A stretch of DNA of 64,000 nucleotides from an uncultured virus (IMG/VR IMGVR_UViG_2687453308_000004). Taxonomy: Duplodnaviria; Heunggongvirae; Uroviricota; Caudoviricetes. The notes under the pieces are model-generated. The model made no database searches, was not told where the DNA came from, and saw only the letters and a program-made list of their open reading frames with translations. The stretch lies in IMG/VR virus record IMGVR_UViG_2687453308_000004; one strand, 5' to 3'. Shown one piece after another: positions 46,778 through 58,600 of the stretch (the stretch's first letter is position 1; each line of letters starts with the position of its first letter). The translations under genes and the position numbers were made by a program.

Positions 46778-48232
46778 CTAAATCGTGCTAAACTTACCAA
46801 AACTGCTTATTCTATTACCTGCCTTGTCTACCTCTCCTGTAGCAATATAACGACGTTGTCCACTATTAGCAATATAAGTAATCCATCTATAGCCATTGAT
46901 ACAATATGCGCCGTCATATTTGATTGTTGCGTTATTAGGTAATACACCAGTAATTCTTGAATTAGTTGAATAGCCGTCCCTTACGTTATTACCTTTAACA
47001 TTGGCAACTGTGTAATTACCAGCCTCTTTTTTATAAGGCACATTATTCTTATCAAGTGTATAACCTGCTGGCACTGGTGGATTTTTTTGGTTTTTAGCTG
47101 ATGTTTTAACATTACCAGCTACCAAACCACCTATAGGCTTACCATGAATCGCACCAGCTATTAATTTAGAATACAAGTCATAATTCTTCTTAATCCAATC
47201 CATATCTTTTTTATTAGTAATAAAACCTAATTCAGATAAACGATAATTGATATTTATTTCTGCTGATACATTAACGTTCAGTAAATCATTACGAGGTGTT
47301 ACACCTCTTATTTGTCCTAAGTTATTTTTAATAACATCTTGTATACTTTTATCAATAGTATCTGCATTGAATTGACTTGAAATAATAACATGCCCACCAC
47401 TTGCACTTTCTCCTGCTGCGTCTAAATGAATCTCTAGAACAATGTCATACCCCTGTGATTTAACCCAATATAAGCCATAATCTTTATTATTTCCTACATT
47501 AACACCGTAAGCAGTATCTTGATACATATCTTGTGATTGACTTGAGCCACCATATAATGCAACTTCGTGACCTGCATGTCTTAAATACTTAGCGATATTT
47601 GGTGTTATATATTTACGGATAAAATCACGTTCATTTGTTCCGTTTCCGACTGCTCCAGGATCGTTATAACCATGACCGGCTACAAGCATAATTTTTTTAG
47701 GTTTAATTACTGCTTGCTTTTTGGCAGTTGCTTGCTTAATAACGCTTTTAGCTTTATCTCCAACACTTACTTTATCTGGGAAATTTAATCTAATAAAATA
47801 CATTGGGTCATCGTAATAATGAACATGTCTTGTAACGGTTTCGGGACCCCAACCAGGTTGCGCAACGCCATTTGTCCAACCTTTACCATTCCAATTTTGG
47901 CCAAACGATGTGAAAGTGTTTAGATTAGCGCTCTCAACAATTTCAACATGTCCAGCTCCGCCACCATACTTTGACGGGAAAACGACAATGTCCAACTTTT
48001 GCGGTAAAAAGCTATCATAGTTTTTAATTATTTGCCCGTATTTTTCAATCCTTGCTTTATTATCAAATGGAATATTATAAGCGTATAAACCTTGTAACCT
48101 TTCGCCTGTTGCTATCATAAAAAACATATTTGCGTAATCGTAACACTGAAATCCATAAAACAAATCAGGATTGAACTGCTTCCCTAATGAATTATCAAAC
48201 CATTTTTCTGCTTGGTTTTTTGTTATCAACAT
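46778..48232 (-). CDS. Endolysin, CHAP + Amidase_3 + SH3b (484 aa)
   Basis: QCYDY/GHV CHAP; VAGHG..DPGA, LEIHLD and ELGFI Amidase_3 motifs. Confidence 0.95.
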   Translation of the reverse strand: MLITKNQAEKWFDNSLGKQFNPDLFYGFQCYDYANMFFMIATGERLQGLYAYNIPFDNKARIEKYGQIIKNYDSFLPQKLDIVVFPSKYGGGAGHVEIVESANLNTFTSFGQNWNGKGWTNGVAQPGWGPETVTRHVHYYDDPMYFIRLNFPDKVSVGDKAKSVIKQATAKKQAVIKPKKIMLVAGHGYNDPGAVGNGTNERDFIRKYITPNIAKYLRHAGHEVALYGGSSQSQDMYQDTAYGVNVGNNKDYGLYWVKSQGYDIVLEIHLDAAGESASGGHVIISSQFNADTIDKSIQDVIKNNLGQIRGVTPRNDLLNVNVSAEININYRLSELGFITNKKDMDWIKKNYDLYSKLIAGAIHGKPIGGLVAGNVKTSAKNQKNPPVPAGYTLDKNNVPYKKEAGNYTVANVKGNNVRDGYSTNSRITGVLPNNATIKYDGAYCINGYRWITYIANSGQRRYIATGEVDKAGNRISSFGKFSTI

Positions 48233-48242
48233 TGGTCAACAC

Positions 48243-48545
48243 CTACCCTAAATCATTTGTGTCGTTCATATTCGTAGGTGTCATTACTTCTTTAATTGGC
48301 GCTTGCCCTGTTGCTTTTCTATACTTGTTTTCAGCTTTATATTTCTTTAGCTTTTGATTTGCCCATTTACCTTCTTGAGATGTTGGATTGTCTTTATACG
48401 TAGTATATAAAGCAACAACAGTAAGTATTATTGATGATATAGTCTCATCGTCTACTGGAATCGGGCTAATACCTTTGTTCGCTAAGAATTGATTTACTAA
48501 TGCTAAGATCAATACGATGTATCTTGTTATTACTTTTGCATCCAT
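48243..48545 (-). CDS. Holin, SPP1 family (100 aa)
   Basis: R.IVLILALVNQFL..GISPIP...YKDNPT signature. Confidence 0.92.
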   Translation of the reverse strand: MDAKVITRYIVLILALVNQFLANKGISPIPVDDETISSIILTVVALYTTYKDNPTSQEGKWANQKLKKYKAENKYRKATGQAPIKEVMTPTNMNDTNDLG

Positions 48546-48603
48546 TTGTTTGCTCCTTTTTTCCAAAATAAAAAGCCAGTGCCGAAGCACTGACTCTTAA
48601 CTA

Positions 48604-48666
48604 TTACTTACACTTGCTAAACCAGAAACACGACCAAAAGCTATATCCTAAAATTCCCTTAAGCAT
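48604..48666 (-). CDS. Candidate 20-aa micropeptide MLKGILGYSFWSCFWFSKCK
   Basis: AAGGAGGTG SD at good spacing; double stop; followed by terminator hairpin. Confidence 0.55.
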   Translation of the reverse strand: MLKGILGYSFWSCFWFSKCK

Positions 48667-48680
48667 GGTAATCACCTCCT

Positions 48681-48980
48681 TTAAATGCCAAAAATAGTTT
48701 TTAACAAGGCTATAACAAATGTACTTAGAATCGTCCCTATTAATCCTAGAATCCACATCTTGATGTCTCTAATATTTTTAGCATTTTTCTCTTTATTTTT
48801 TTCATCTTCTTCTTTGTCACGCCTTAGTTCTTCGAAATTTCTATCTAACTTGTCATAAATTTTTTCTTGCGTTCTCAGACTGTCTTCTATTCTGTCGAAT
48901 TTTTCAAACATAGTCTTATCATTTTCTTCTAATCGCGTTAAACGCCAATCTTGTTCGTGTCGTTTGGTAAATCCAAACAT
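48681..48980 (-). CDS. DUF2951-like protein, coiled coil plus C-terminal TM (99 aa)
   Basis: WRLTRLEENDK coiled coil; KMWILGLIG TM helix. Confidence 0.85.
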   Translation of the reverse strand: MFGFTKRHEQDWRLTRLEENDKTMFEKFDRIEDSLRTQEKIYDKLDRNFEELRRDKEEDEKNKEKNAKNIRDIKMWILGLIGTILSTFVIALLKTIFGI

Positions 48981-49025
48981 TACACCACCCACTTTATTCA
49001 AATTAAAAAGCCATAAGATTATAAC

Positions 49026-49190
49026 CTATGACTCTAGATTTTCTGGATACTTTTCTCCTGTAATAATTGCATATTCCTCTTTATCTATAACTTCCATATC
49101 TACATACCACGCTATATCTTCTTTACTATATTCTTTCAATTGATACCATGTTTTAATATCTTCGAATGTTGGTGAAATTAATTTAAGCAT
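49026..49190 (-). CDS. XkdX-family protein (54 aa)
   Basis: Read by hand: MLKLISPTFEDIK...VIDKEEYAIITGEKY; homologous to 6424-6606. Confidence 0.85.
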   Translation of the reverse strand: MLKLISPTFEDIKTWYQLKEYSKEDIAWYVDMEVIDKEEYAIITGEKYPENLES

Positions 49191-49572
49191 TTTCAGTCTC
49201 TCCTTTAACCTCTTCTAATTTTTTATTAAGTGTCACAAGTTGTTTTGCCATTAGTGCATTTTGCTTATTAACTTGCATCGATAACTTTGTACTTTGAACA
49301 ACTTGTTTCTGCATACTAGCAACCATTTTTCGTAAGATGTCATCAGAAGCGACTGTGTTTTGTTCTTCACTGTCAATCTGTTGATGCAAGTCATCTTTTT
49401 CTTCTGAATAATCTTCGTTAAAAACTATTTCCCCATTTGAATATTTAAAGGCTTTAGGTCTAAAAACTTGAGAGAAATTTTCTGGTAAATTTTCAATATC
49501 AATACCTTCTTCAAAGCCACCAATGATAGCGTATGAAATTATCTCATTACGCTTGTTAACTAATATTTGCAT
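49183..49572 (-). CDS. DUF2977-like protein
   Basis: Homologous to 6607-6984. Confidence 0.8.
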   Translation of the reverse strand: MQILVNKRNEIISYAIIGGFEEGIDIENLPENFSQVFRPKAFKYSNGEIVFNEDYSEEKDDLHQQIDSEEQNTVASDDILRKMVASMQKQVVQSTKLSMQVNKQNALMAKQLVTLNKKLEEVKGETENA

Positions 49573-51038
49573 TATTTTCTCACTCCTATAATTTTGTTAA
49601 TTGTCCCTCTATTTGCGTTCGCACCAGAGCCTCTTTGACTTCCTAAGTCGAAATAGACATCGTTTGATATAGTTAAAGATGTACGACTAGATTTAGTTAA
49701 TCCAAACTCATAAACACCTCCACCATTTCCATCACCATCTGGAAGATTTGAGGGATTCAATGAAATCTTTCCTCCTCCAAAAGGACTGCCAAACTCTGTA
49801 AAGTCACCACCTGGAAAAGTCCCATAAAAAATTAATAAAATAAATTGGTCTAAACTCTCATTTAAGTACAATGTAGAGCCCACACCATTTGCTGTTCCAT
49901 CAAAAATAACCGAATACCTTTTATTAAACTTGTCATCTGCGTATAATTTAGCGTTACTTTCGGCCATATTAGCTTTTGATTGGGCACTTTGAACAGTTTC
50001 AAAAGGTGTATTGTAATCATTAATAGCTAATTCTGACCACTCAGACCATGAACCCGCTTCTTTTCTTTTAACAAACACTTTATTTGTACCGTTCGGTCGA
50101 TAAGTCATACGCTTGTAATCTGAAGTTACTACTAAATATTCGACAGTACCGTTAGTACTAACATCTCTTGGATAATTTATAGCTTGCGAAACATAAATAA
50201 ATTGGGTTGAATCACCTATTCTTTGTTCTGGATTATTAAAATCAAATCCAGTAATCTGCATTATCTTACCATCATCTTTAGTAATCTTAGCTTTTTGCCA
50301 ATTTGAAGTAGAACCACTTGTGACTAAACCACCACTATTCACTGACTGCTTGAAGGCTTCATGTTTCTCATCCATATATCGCTTTTGCTCATCGAATGTT
50401 CTTGAATATGCTTGCGCTTTATTTTCCAAATCAGATATACGGCTATTAGCAAGTTGCTTTAATTCATCAATACTTGAAGATTTTGCTATTTGAATATCTG
50501 ATAGACCTTTTTCTTTAGCTTTTTCAATCAGACTCGCATAATCCTCACCATTTTTTATAGCCTCGTCCATTGCTTTCGCGCGATCCATAATAGTTTTTTC
50601 TAATTCTTGAAACTCAACAATATAGTGTAGTTTTGTTTCAGAGGGAATCTTGCTAAACAAACTTTTTTCAACGTTAAATGTGATAGTTCTCTCTACAACT
50701 ACCACGTCTGAATTACCTAATTCTGCAACCGAAACTTGAGCTTGATAACTTCCATCTCTTTTAATTACATCATTAGGTAATTGAAATTTTAAAATACCTT
50801 TAAATGGATCTAATATTTCTAGTGGAGCAACTACCATTACTCCTTTACCTCGAATCGCTATTCGTGCTTTGATATTTTCTTCACTCAGTAATAACGGTTG
50901 ATTATTTTTAATGATATTAAAAAGAAGAACAGAAGAATCACTCTCTCCTGTTCTAAAAGTTATATCTAGATTTGAAATATTTTCATAATGCGCTGTGTTT
51001 TCTAAATTTATAGCTACAGATTTCTCTAAATTACTCAT
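49572..51038 (-). CDS. BppU-family baseplate/fibre protein (488 aa)
   Basis: C-terminal D.DGNGGG.YE..GSGANANR shared with 6984-8807. Confidence 0.85.
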   Translation of the reverse strand: MSNLEKSVAINLENTAHYENISNLDITFRTGESDSSVLLFNIIKNNQPLLLSEENIKARIAIRGKGVMVVAPLEILDPFKGILKFQLPNDVIKRDGSYQAQVSVAELGNSDVVVVERTITFNVEKSLFSKIPSETKLHYIVEFQELEKTIMDRAKAMDEAIKNGEDYASLIEKAKEKGLSDIQIAKSSSIDELKQLANSRISDLENKAQAYSRTFDEQKRYMDEKHEAFKQSVNSGGLVTSGSTSNWQKAKITKDDGKIMQITGFDFNNPEQRIGDSTQFIYVSQAINYPRDVSTNGTVEYLVVTSDYKRMTYRPNGTNKVFVKRKEAGSWSEWSELAINDYNTPFETVQSAQSKANMAESNAKLYADDKFNKRYSVIFDGTANGVGSTLYLNESLDQFILLIFYGTFPGGDFTEFGSPFGGGKISLNPSNLPDGDGNGGGVYEFGLTKSSRTSLTISNDVYFDLGSQRGSGANANRGTINKIIGVRK

Positions 51039-52948
51039 TAACTTATAATTCTCCCTTCGTGTAAAGTCCATGGCCCTGAACTTGTTTTACTATCATAATT
51101 TTTCAATAGTATCTCAGCAGATGCTGTAACACTATTACGAACTAGCCTATGAACAAAGCCACCTGTGTTTGAAGCTTCTACATATAAGTTCCAACCAGCT
51201 ACCCCTTTACGTTCAGTTGGAAAATCTGTAAAACGTTTTGTATCATCCGTAGTTAAATAAAACGACATGCCTACTATGTTAATATCTGACATTTTTGTGA
51301 TGAATGAAGGTACTCTCTCCCATTTACCACTATTTTTAGGCACATAATTCCAGTCCGAAATGTCTCCAGTTCTTCCAGAAAGCACCCTTTCAAAAGTCAT
51401 CATATTCCTTGCATAACTATTACGCGTCAATATCTGAATTACATCACCGCCAGTTTGTGGTGGCTTAACTTCCAAGAACCAACCTGCATCACGCCATTCT
51501 CTTGGTAATGGGAAATCATCGATTTGAACTGTATGATCAGTGTATAAATAGTAAAGACCTGGCTCTGTTAACATCCCAAGATTCTTAAGTTTATCAGGCC
51601 TCATTGGTAAAGGTTTAACTCTACCACCTGTGTCACTCATGATAAAAGGAACGCCTCTTGAGTGAAGTATTTCTAAAATACCTCTTTGCCCAATCATGAA
51701 AATACGATGTGTTCTATTTCCATCACCACCGACAGTAACACCTAGCATCAAAGCTTTTTTACCACTATCTTTGTCATAGTATATTTGCAAACCTTCTGCT
51801 TCCGCAAATTCGCCAGGAAATGAATCTAGTGTTCCACCATAGTCAGCATTAACCTGATACGCTTCTTCTCCTGTTTCTAAATCGAAAGCCGTTAAATAGT
51901 TTCTATTATTTGGATTACTGTCTCCTGTATACCAATACAAGTATTTTTCATCAAAAGTCACACCCTGCATTGGTTGGGTTTCGTTTGTTAGTCTCATAGG
52001 GATACTGATTTTATGCAAAACTTTATCAATATTTTTATCAACATCGTCTAAACTTCTTATCTCTATATAATTCATTGAGTTTTCAAGTTCCCACTGACTT
52101 CTAGGTCTCTCAATTCTGTATAGAATTTTATTTTCTTTTTCATTTATGACAGGGGTGATGTAGGGTTTTTCTGGGTGTCCTGTAAATACATCTTGCATAC
52201 CATACTTGCCATAGCTAATTTCCACATTAGGCGTATACTTGAAACGAACTAATGTATTCTCATTATTACCATTTAAGATAAAACTATAAATCCATAACTC
52301 ATCATCAATATATCTATAACCGTTATGTGTACCATGACCCCCACCTACAATCAATGAGCTGTCTATAAATTGACCATTAGGTCTTAGACGACTTAGCATA
52401 TAGCCATTATTTCTAGCTTGTGTCATGTATACTATGCCTGTTCTATTATCAAACCAGAAGGATTGCATTACTGCATTTGTAAGAGGTGCAAGTTCTGTCA
52501 CAAATAAAAACTCTTGCTTATCAGGTTCAAAACGATACTCGATATCAAGAATTTCTTGTTTGGTCTTATTTAATTCTCTTATAGTTTCCTCTTTATTAAT
52601 TTGAGTTTTGGTTTCCCAATCGTCTAAATGTTCTTTTAATGTGTCAAAGGTTTCGCCGTTTACATTAACTCGAGCTTGAACAATCTCATTAGCACTGTTA
52701 TTACGTGGTGCCACAACAAGTGCGTTAATTTGACTTTGTAAAGATTTGTTTACTGCTGCTTGCGATCTACCATTATAATAAATTTGCTCAGCGAAGTGTT
52801 GCATTGTTTTAGCTTTCTGATGCAACTTAAACTCTGTTGTCAAGCCAAGCGCAAATTGCTCTATTCTTTGCAGGTTTTGAATTTCTTTAGCTCTATAATC
52901 TCGACCTGCTAAAGCTCCCAAATCCTTTATTAAATACAAATTTTCCAT
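51038..52948 (-). CDS. Receptor-binding protein (phiSLT ORF636-like)
   Basis: 636 aa; same propeller motifs as 8807-10717. Confidence 0.9.
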   Translation of the reverse strand: MENLYLIKDLGALAGRDYRAKEIQNLQRIEQFALGLTTEFKLHQKAKTMQHFAEQIYYNGRSQAAVNKSLQSQINALVVAPRNNSANEIVQARVNVNGETFDTLKEHLDDWETKTQINKEETIRELNKTKQEILDIEYRFEPDKQEFLFVTELAPLTNAVMQSFWFDNRTGIVYMTQARNNGYMLSRLRPNGQFIDSSLIVGGGHGTHNGYRYIDDELWIYSFILNGNNENTLVRFKYTPNVEISYGKYGMQDVFTGHPEKPYITPVINEKENKILYRIERPRSQWELENSMNYIEIRSLDDVDKNIDKVLHKISIPMRLTNETQPMQGVTFDEKYLYWYTGDSNPNNRNYLTAFDLETGEEAYQVNADYGGTLDSFPGEFAEAEGLQIYYDKDSGKKALMLGVTVGGDGNRTHRIFMIGQRGILEILHSRGVPFIMSDTGGRVKPLPMRPDKLKNLGMLTEPGLYYLYTDHTVQIDDFPLPREWRDAGWFLEVKPPQTGGDVIQILTRNSYARNMMTFERVLSGRTGDISDWNYVPKNSGKWERVPSFITKMSDINIVGMSFYLTTDDTKRFTDFPTERKGVAGWNLYVEASNTGGFVHRLVRNSVTASAEILLKNYDSKTSSGPWTLHEGRIIS

Positions 52949-52963
52949 AATGCACCTTCCTTT

Positions 52964-53254
52964 CTAATAAAATAGCACTGTACCAAGTTTCCCACTATCG
53001 TCAACTGTTATTTTCCACAATTTACCGTTTGGGGATTTCTGTACAATGCTATTTTGAATAATTCCTGCTTCGCCTATTTTTAATTTATCTAATTTATTTT
53101 TATCATCTACCGAAATGATACCGTCTTGAGGCAATCCATCAATATCACTACTGCCTGCATAAGGTATCCCATTTATAGCTTTCCAGTGTGTAGCTGGAAA
53201 GTACTGTTTATCGTTTTCAAGTAGCGCTTTGATTTTAACTTCTTCTGTTGCCAT
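52964..53254 (-). CDS. Small baseplate-region protein (96 aa)
   Basis: Coupled to Tal; QYFPATH motif. Confidence 0.75.
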   Translation of the reverse strand: MATEEVKIKALLENDKQYFPATHWKAINGIPYAGSSDIDGLPQDGIISVDDKNKLDKLKIGEAGIIQNSIVQKSPNGKLWKITVDDSGKLGTVLFY

Positions 53255-54837
53255 TATATTAATACACTCCCTATATCCATTGTCTCGAAAGGAGAATTCA
53301 AAGTACTAGTGTATAAATGATTTATACGATTTGCTTGATAGTTATATCTATTATCTTGTGCAATAACTCGTCTGTTAAGTGCTTGTTGAATTTGTACCAT
53401 ATCTTTTATTTCATTGCTGAAAGACACTTCATCTATTGCGTTTACAAATGGATGTGACCTATCAAGTTTAACAACCTTTAATTCAGTGTTATATCCCATT
53501 AATTCATGAACAAAAAATAAGCTATCTCTTGGCTCTATTTTTTCATAACCTATATAATTAACATCTAATTCAGTCTTAGGAGTATCATTTATTTGCTTTT
53601 TTGCAAATTCTAACAGCTTATCCTGTGTTTCGATATCTTCATTTGTTTGCGTATTAGCATATCGAATCCCAAACTGCTTTGCACTATCTGCGACGTAGTC
53701 GACAATTGCTTTGTATTGATTGCGACCTGAATTATCAGCAATTAAATTTAAGACTGTTGATTTTTCAGTTCCAACATACATACAAGGCTTAGCTTTTTTA
53801 TTTGAAGATATATCAATTCTATTTTTGGGGTCTTCTCCTAAAAATATCATTTCTAAAACGTGCTTGCCTTTATCAATATTTTTTATTAAATCTATTGTTT
53901 CAGACTGAACCGACTTAGCAAAACAAGAAATTTGCTTAATTTGCTTGCCGTCTAAAATCAACTTATATATTCCACCTTGAGAGCCCTTTTTTATTGTAAA
54001 TCTAACTGTTTCATTACCATACTTGCAATCAAAGTTAATAGTAGCTTTAGACCCAATTGTTTCGGTACGATAAGTACCTTCTTTTATAAAACCATTTGAA
54101 TATTTAATGTCAGTTGTTCTAATAGGATTATAATTTTTCTTTTCCTCAGCTGTATACTTTTTTCCAAAAACTTTTATAGCTGTTCTTAATTCCAATGTAC
54201 TGACAGTTGCAGATACAGTATCAGTATTATATTGATATCGAATCACTTTCTCGCTTCTTTGATAAAATGTTTCAGGAGAATAAAAACCAATCTCTGTATC
54301 ATTTGGGTAAATTATACAGCCAAACAGGTCTACCGCTTCTTTACAGTATTCTAAGCCGTTTTTGTTACCTAATTCGTCAATCGGTACTTTTCGCTTAAAA
54401 TCTCCAATTATTTTATAGGTCATTTTGACCGAAGTTTTTTGATTTGCAAATCCATATCTTAAGTACTCATCTAAAGAGTATTCTGGCGTTTTACCAGTTT
54501 CGCTACTGTCGTCATCAAGCTTATTTGATTCCACTGAGTGATTTTGAAATTCATACATTATGTGATATGCCGTAACTTCAATAAAAACTTTATCACCTTC
54601 AACCTTTGGCGCTGTCTGCTTAATTGTATATTTTTCACCATGATAAATTATGAAGTTTTCACAAATCAATAAATCAAAAACAAAACTATTATGAGTAGTT
54701 CTATAAACTGTAAAGGTGATGTACCTAGCTTCATTCAGTTCATAATATTCTTTAAAAGAACCATAATCTACATCTAGTAAATTTTCACAAATCAATTCAT
54801 TAAAATCCATTACTGATAAATGATCATGATAATCCAT
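53254..54837 (-). CDS. Tal / prophage endopeptidase-tail family protein
   Basis: 527 aa after Dit. Confidence 0.85.
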   Translation of the reverse strand: MDYHDHLSVMDFNELICENLLDVDYGSFKEYYELNEARYITFTVYRTTHNSFVFDLLICENFIIYHGEKYTIKQTAPKVEGDKVFIEVTAYHIMYEFQNHSVESNKLDDDSSETGKTPEYSLDEYLRYGFANQKTSVKMTYKIIGDFKRKVPIDELGNKNGLEYCKEAVDLFGCIIYPNDTEIGFYSPETFYQRSEKVIRYQYNTDTVSATVSTLELRTAIKVFGKKYTAEEKKNYNPIRTTDIKYSNGFIKEGTYRTETIGSKATINFDCKYGNETVRFTIKKGSQGGIYKLILDGKQIKQISCFAKSVQSETIDLIKNIDKGKHVLEMIFLGEDPKNRIDISSNKKAKPCMYVGTEKSTVLNLIADNSGRNQYKAIVDYVADSAKQFGIRYANTQTNEDIETQDKLLEFAKKQINDTPKTELDVNYIGYEKIEPRDSLFFVHELMGYNTELKVVKLDRSHPFVNAIDEVSFSNEIKDMVQIQQALNRRVIAQDNRYNYQANRINHLYTSTLNSPFETMDIGSVLI

Positions 54838-54845
54838 TAAATCAC

Positions 54846-55670
54846 CTACCTATAAATAAAAGGAAACTTAAATGTAGTTTTAATATCACTGACGTCTCCT
54901 TTAATCTTAAATTCATTTTTACCTGGCGCTAATGTTATAATGCCTCTATTTGTATCAATTCCCACTCTATTTATATCTCGATATGCATACACACCATCTA
55001 AAACAAAATCAGTGTTTTTATCTATACTTTTGTTGTACTTAAAAATATCACCTGTTGTATAGTTAACCAGTTCAAATCCTCCACTCGCATTTAAATTAAT
55101 TAATATTTTCAAATCGTGCTTGAATCGTGGATTTATCGTATCAGTAGAACCGTTCCAAATAGTAAATTGATTTGATGTATGAGTATATTTAGGTGTGAAA
55201 TCAAGAGGAATTCCATTTTCAAACATCCAATTAGAGTCGAATAAGAACTCGCTATCGGTCCAATTAACTGATTCAGAATACCCTTTATAAACATTTAAAC
55301 TTACTTCAATTTCAGTTGAAGAACCATCTTTTAAATTAGATGTAACATTAGCTGTATTCACTGCATATTTAACACCATGCATTTGAGAAGTAATAACATA
55401 ATAAGGATGTCTGCGATTAAACACAGATCTAAACCAATGCTCAAATAAATTTAAATCTATAACATCTATACCATCATAGCCAAACCTTAATACTAATGAA
55501 AAAGGCGCAAAACTAATTGCGCCCGGTAAAATACCATCTACTCCGTTAATAGTTACACTGTTATCATTGGTGTTTGGACTTTCAGCCCTTGCATCTAAAA
55601 ATATAAGCTGATTAAAATCTGTTATTACTTCTTCCTTGTAACCATCTATGATTTTTACAAAAGATTGCAT
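54846..55670 (-). CDS. Distal tail protein (Dit)
   Basis: 274 aa after tape measure; ITLAPGKNEF motif. Confidence 0.87.
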   Translation of the reverse strand: MQSFVKIIDGYKEEVITDFNQLIFLDARAESPNTNDNSVTINGVDGILPGAISFAPFSLVLRFGYDGIDVIDLNLFEHWFRSVFNRRHPYYVITSQMHGVKYAVNTANVTSNLKDGSSTEIEVSLNVYKGYSESVNWTDSEFLFDSNWMFENGIPLDFTPKYTHTSNQFTIWNGSTDTINPRFKHDLKILINLNASGGFELVNYTTGDIFKYNKSIDKNTDFVLDGVYAYRDINRVGIDTNRGIITLAPGKNEFKIKGDVSDIKTTFKFPFIYR

Positions 55671-58600
55671 TAATTAGTCAAACCTCCCATATAATTATTT
55701 GCATTTGCTCTATGCCCACTTTGTTTTGACAATATTTTTTCTAAACCTCTAATTGCATCATTAGAACCTAAGTTATTATCCTGAGAAGAAACAGTTTGAA
55801 TCAATGCATCTGTTAATTTATTTCCTTTATCACTTAACATAACAATTTGTTTCAACAATTTTTCAACTGTTGAAGTATCATTATTTACAGTGATGTTATT
55901 TGGCTTGCCATCCATACCGATGATGCGCATAACCTGTTCAGTTAATTGAATTGCTCGTTTACGTCTAGTTAAAGGGATAACCATCTCCTGTTTATCTCCT
56001 TCACCCACTTCAGCAAGTTGATGCTTTGTAATCAAACCACCATTCGCATATCTTCTTGGACCACTTGGAGACCAACCACCTCTTGGGTTAAACTGTGAGC
56101 GCCAATATCTGTTGTTAAAGAACGCTAATAACTGATCGTAACCACTATATATATTGTTGTGACCTCTAACAGCATAATGTCTAAATGTTTGTGGGATATA
56201 TTGAAGCAATCCTTTTGCTGGATTGCCCTGTAAAACGTTGATGTCTCTAAGCGCACTAGATTGAGTTATACCTGCATTTCCTCCTGATTCGTGTTGAATC
56301 AAGCTAATAATATTTCCTACATCACCCGAAGTAACATTAACACCCATTCGTTTTGCTGCACGACGTATATCGCCTGCCCAAGCAGATGCAGCCTTATTAA
56401 CACCTGAACCACTTCGAACGCCACTACCTTTAAGTGACTTCAACCATTTTTCTGGATCTTTAGCTGTATCATTCCCTGGATGTGACCCTTGCATCAATTG
56501 GAAATGTAAGTGTGCTCCTCTAACGAAATTACCTGTAGCACCTGATTTCCCTATCAGTTGACCAGCTTTAATACGTTGGCCTTGTCTTGCTAATTGCTTA
56601 GATAAATGCATATACCAGTTCCATTCATTAGCACCAGTCTTAATTTGTATAGAATTACCGCCACCGTAATCAGTCCATACCTTATCTGCTATACCACCTT
56701 TAACGGCATAAACGTTTGTTCCAGAAGGCATACCAAAGTCTATACCATAGTGACGACCGCCATTAAAGTTAAGTCCACCTGTGTAGCGTCCAAATCTTTG
56801 CCAGATTGGATATTCAAATAGATAGCTTCCATCGCCTCCACCACCGAAATCTTCAAACCACGATTTTACTTTGTCTACTAATTTCTTTTTGAGCAATGAG
56901 TATGCGCCTTTAGCTATTTTTACTGTAGCGTTAGCTCCGCCTCCAAAATTAATATTTAAACCTGACATTACTTTATTTACTAGTTTCCCTGGATGTTGTA
57001 CGTAATCCCACACATCGCCGATTTTATCGCCTAACCAAGATGCACCATCTTTGATTTTATCGCCTGCTGCTTCAACCATTTCTTCTGCACCTTTTTTGAT
57101 ATTATGCGCTGTGTTTTTAGCTGTAGCTCCAAATTCTCCTGCTTTTTTACCTATATTACCTTTAAGTTGGTCTAGCCAATCTTTCTTTTTCGTACCTCCA
57201 TGAAACTTTGGTAAAACACCCATACGCTGTAACTTCAGAGTGTCATTAGCATTTATTACGCTATCCCCAACTCCTAGTGGAACAACCACATCTCGTCCTT
57301 GGGGTGCATGGAATGTTCCGTCAGCCCTGTGAATTACTTCTTGAACTCCACCACCTGGGGCGTTTCCAGAACCTCTATCATTTAATACAGCAAATGTCGG
57401 TTGCGTTAATGCTCCCGAATTATCGGTAGCTACACCCTTTCCTGCTAAAGTACCAGTAGACAATGTAGGTATTGGCTTGATGAGATTTTTATCAGTAATG
57501 GCTTTAGATATTTTATTAATACCGCCAATCATGCTATTCAAACCGCCAATAGCTTTATTAGCAACATTTTTACCTAAATCAGCCGCAGCTCTTCCCATGT
57601 CTTTACCAATATCTCTAATCCAATCATATGTTTTGGATAGCCATTTTCTAAAACCATTAAATACTGATTTAGCGTTAGACCATGCCGAACTTGAAATTGC
57701 ATCAAAACGATCGTGGGCTCTTGAATACATATCCCCAGTCCAATCTTTTAAAGATTTGTATGAGTTACTAAACCATTTCGATGTTCCTTTCCAAACGGAT
57801 TTTGCATTCGACCAAGCTGTACTAGAAATATTATCCCATTTCGCGCGAGATTTATTAGCCATATCCGTTAGCCAGCCCTTTGCACTTTTATATGCATTGC
57901 TAAACCATTTTGATGTGCCTCTCCAAATAGATTTTGAATGCGCCCAAGCTTTATCTGAAGCATCTGAATACTTTTGCTTAGTTTGATTGTAAATACTTCC
58001 TGTTGTCGATTTAACAGATTGCCAAGCTTTTCCAAACCATTTACCAGTACTATTAGCTATAGCCTTAGTGTGGTATCCTACAGAACTTTTGGCTGAGCTC
58101 CAACCTGAACTTAATTTGCTTGGAATCCCTTTGATTCCGCTCCACATTTTTTTCATTTCGCCGCCAAAATGATTAGCATTTCTGCCCATTTTACTAAAGG
58201 CTTCGCCAGTTTTACTTTTTACGCCGTCCCAAGCATTTCCAAACCATTTCTTTATATTTTCTCTGTTTCTACGAGCTGTTTCTTCTTGTTCTTTAGCGTA
58301 TTTATCGCTTTTTTTCTTTTGGTCTTCTCTAAAGTTAGACCACCAACTTTTAAGGCCATTCCACCACTTTTCAGTATTTTTATATACACGTCCACTGGAT
58401 AAATCCATTTCTTTATCAATATCTTTATTTTGCTTTTTAACAACATCTACTACAGCATCTTTTTTAGATTTTGCTTTTCTTACTTCATCTTTATGTCTTT
58501 GATCAGCAATAGCTAACAATTTATCTTTTTCAGACTTAGAAAGGTTGACGTTATTTTTTATAGCAATGACATCATCTTCATATTGCTTGTCCACTTCTTT

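Noticed and set aside
8807..52948. Two similar RBP genes as a diversity-generating or invertible tail system
   Set aside because: They belong to separate prophages; no reverse transcriptase, template repeat or invertase seen
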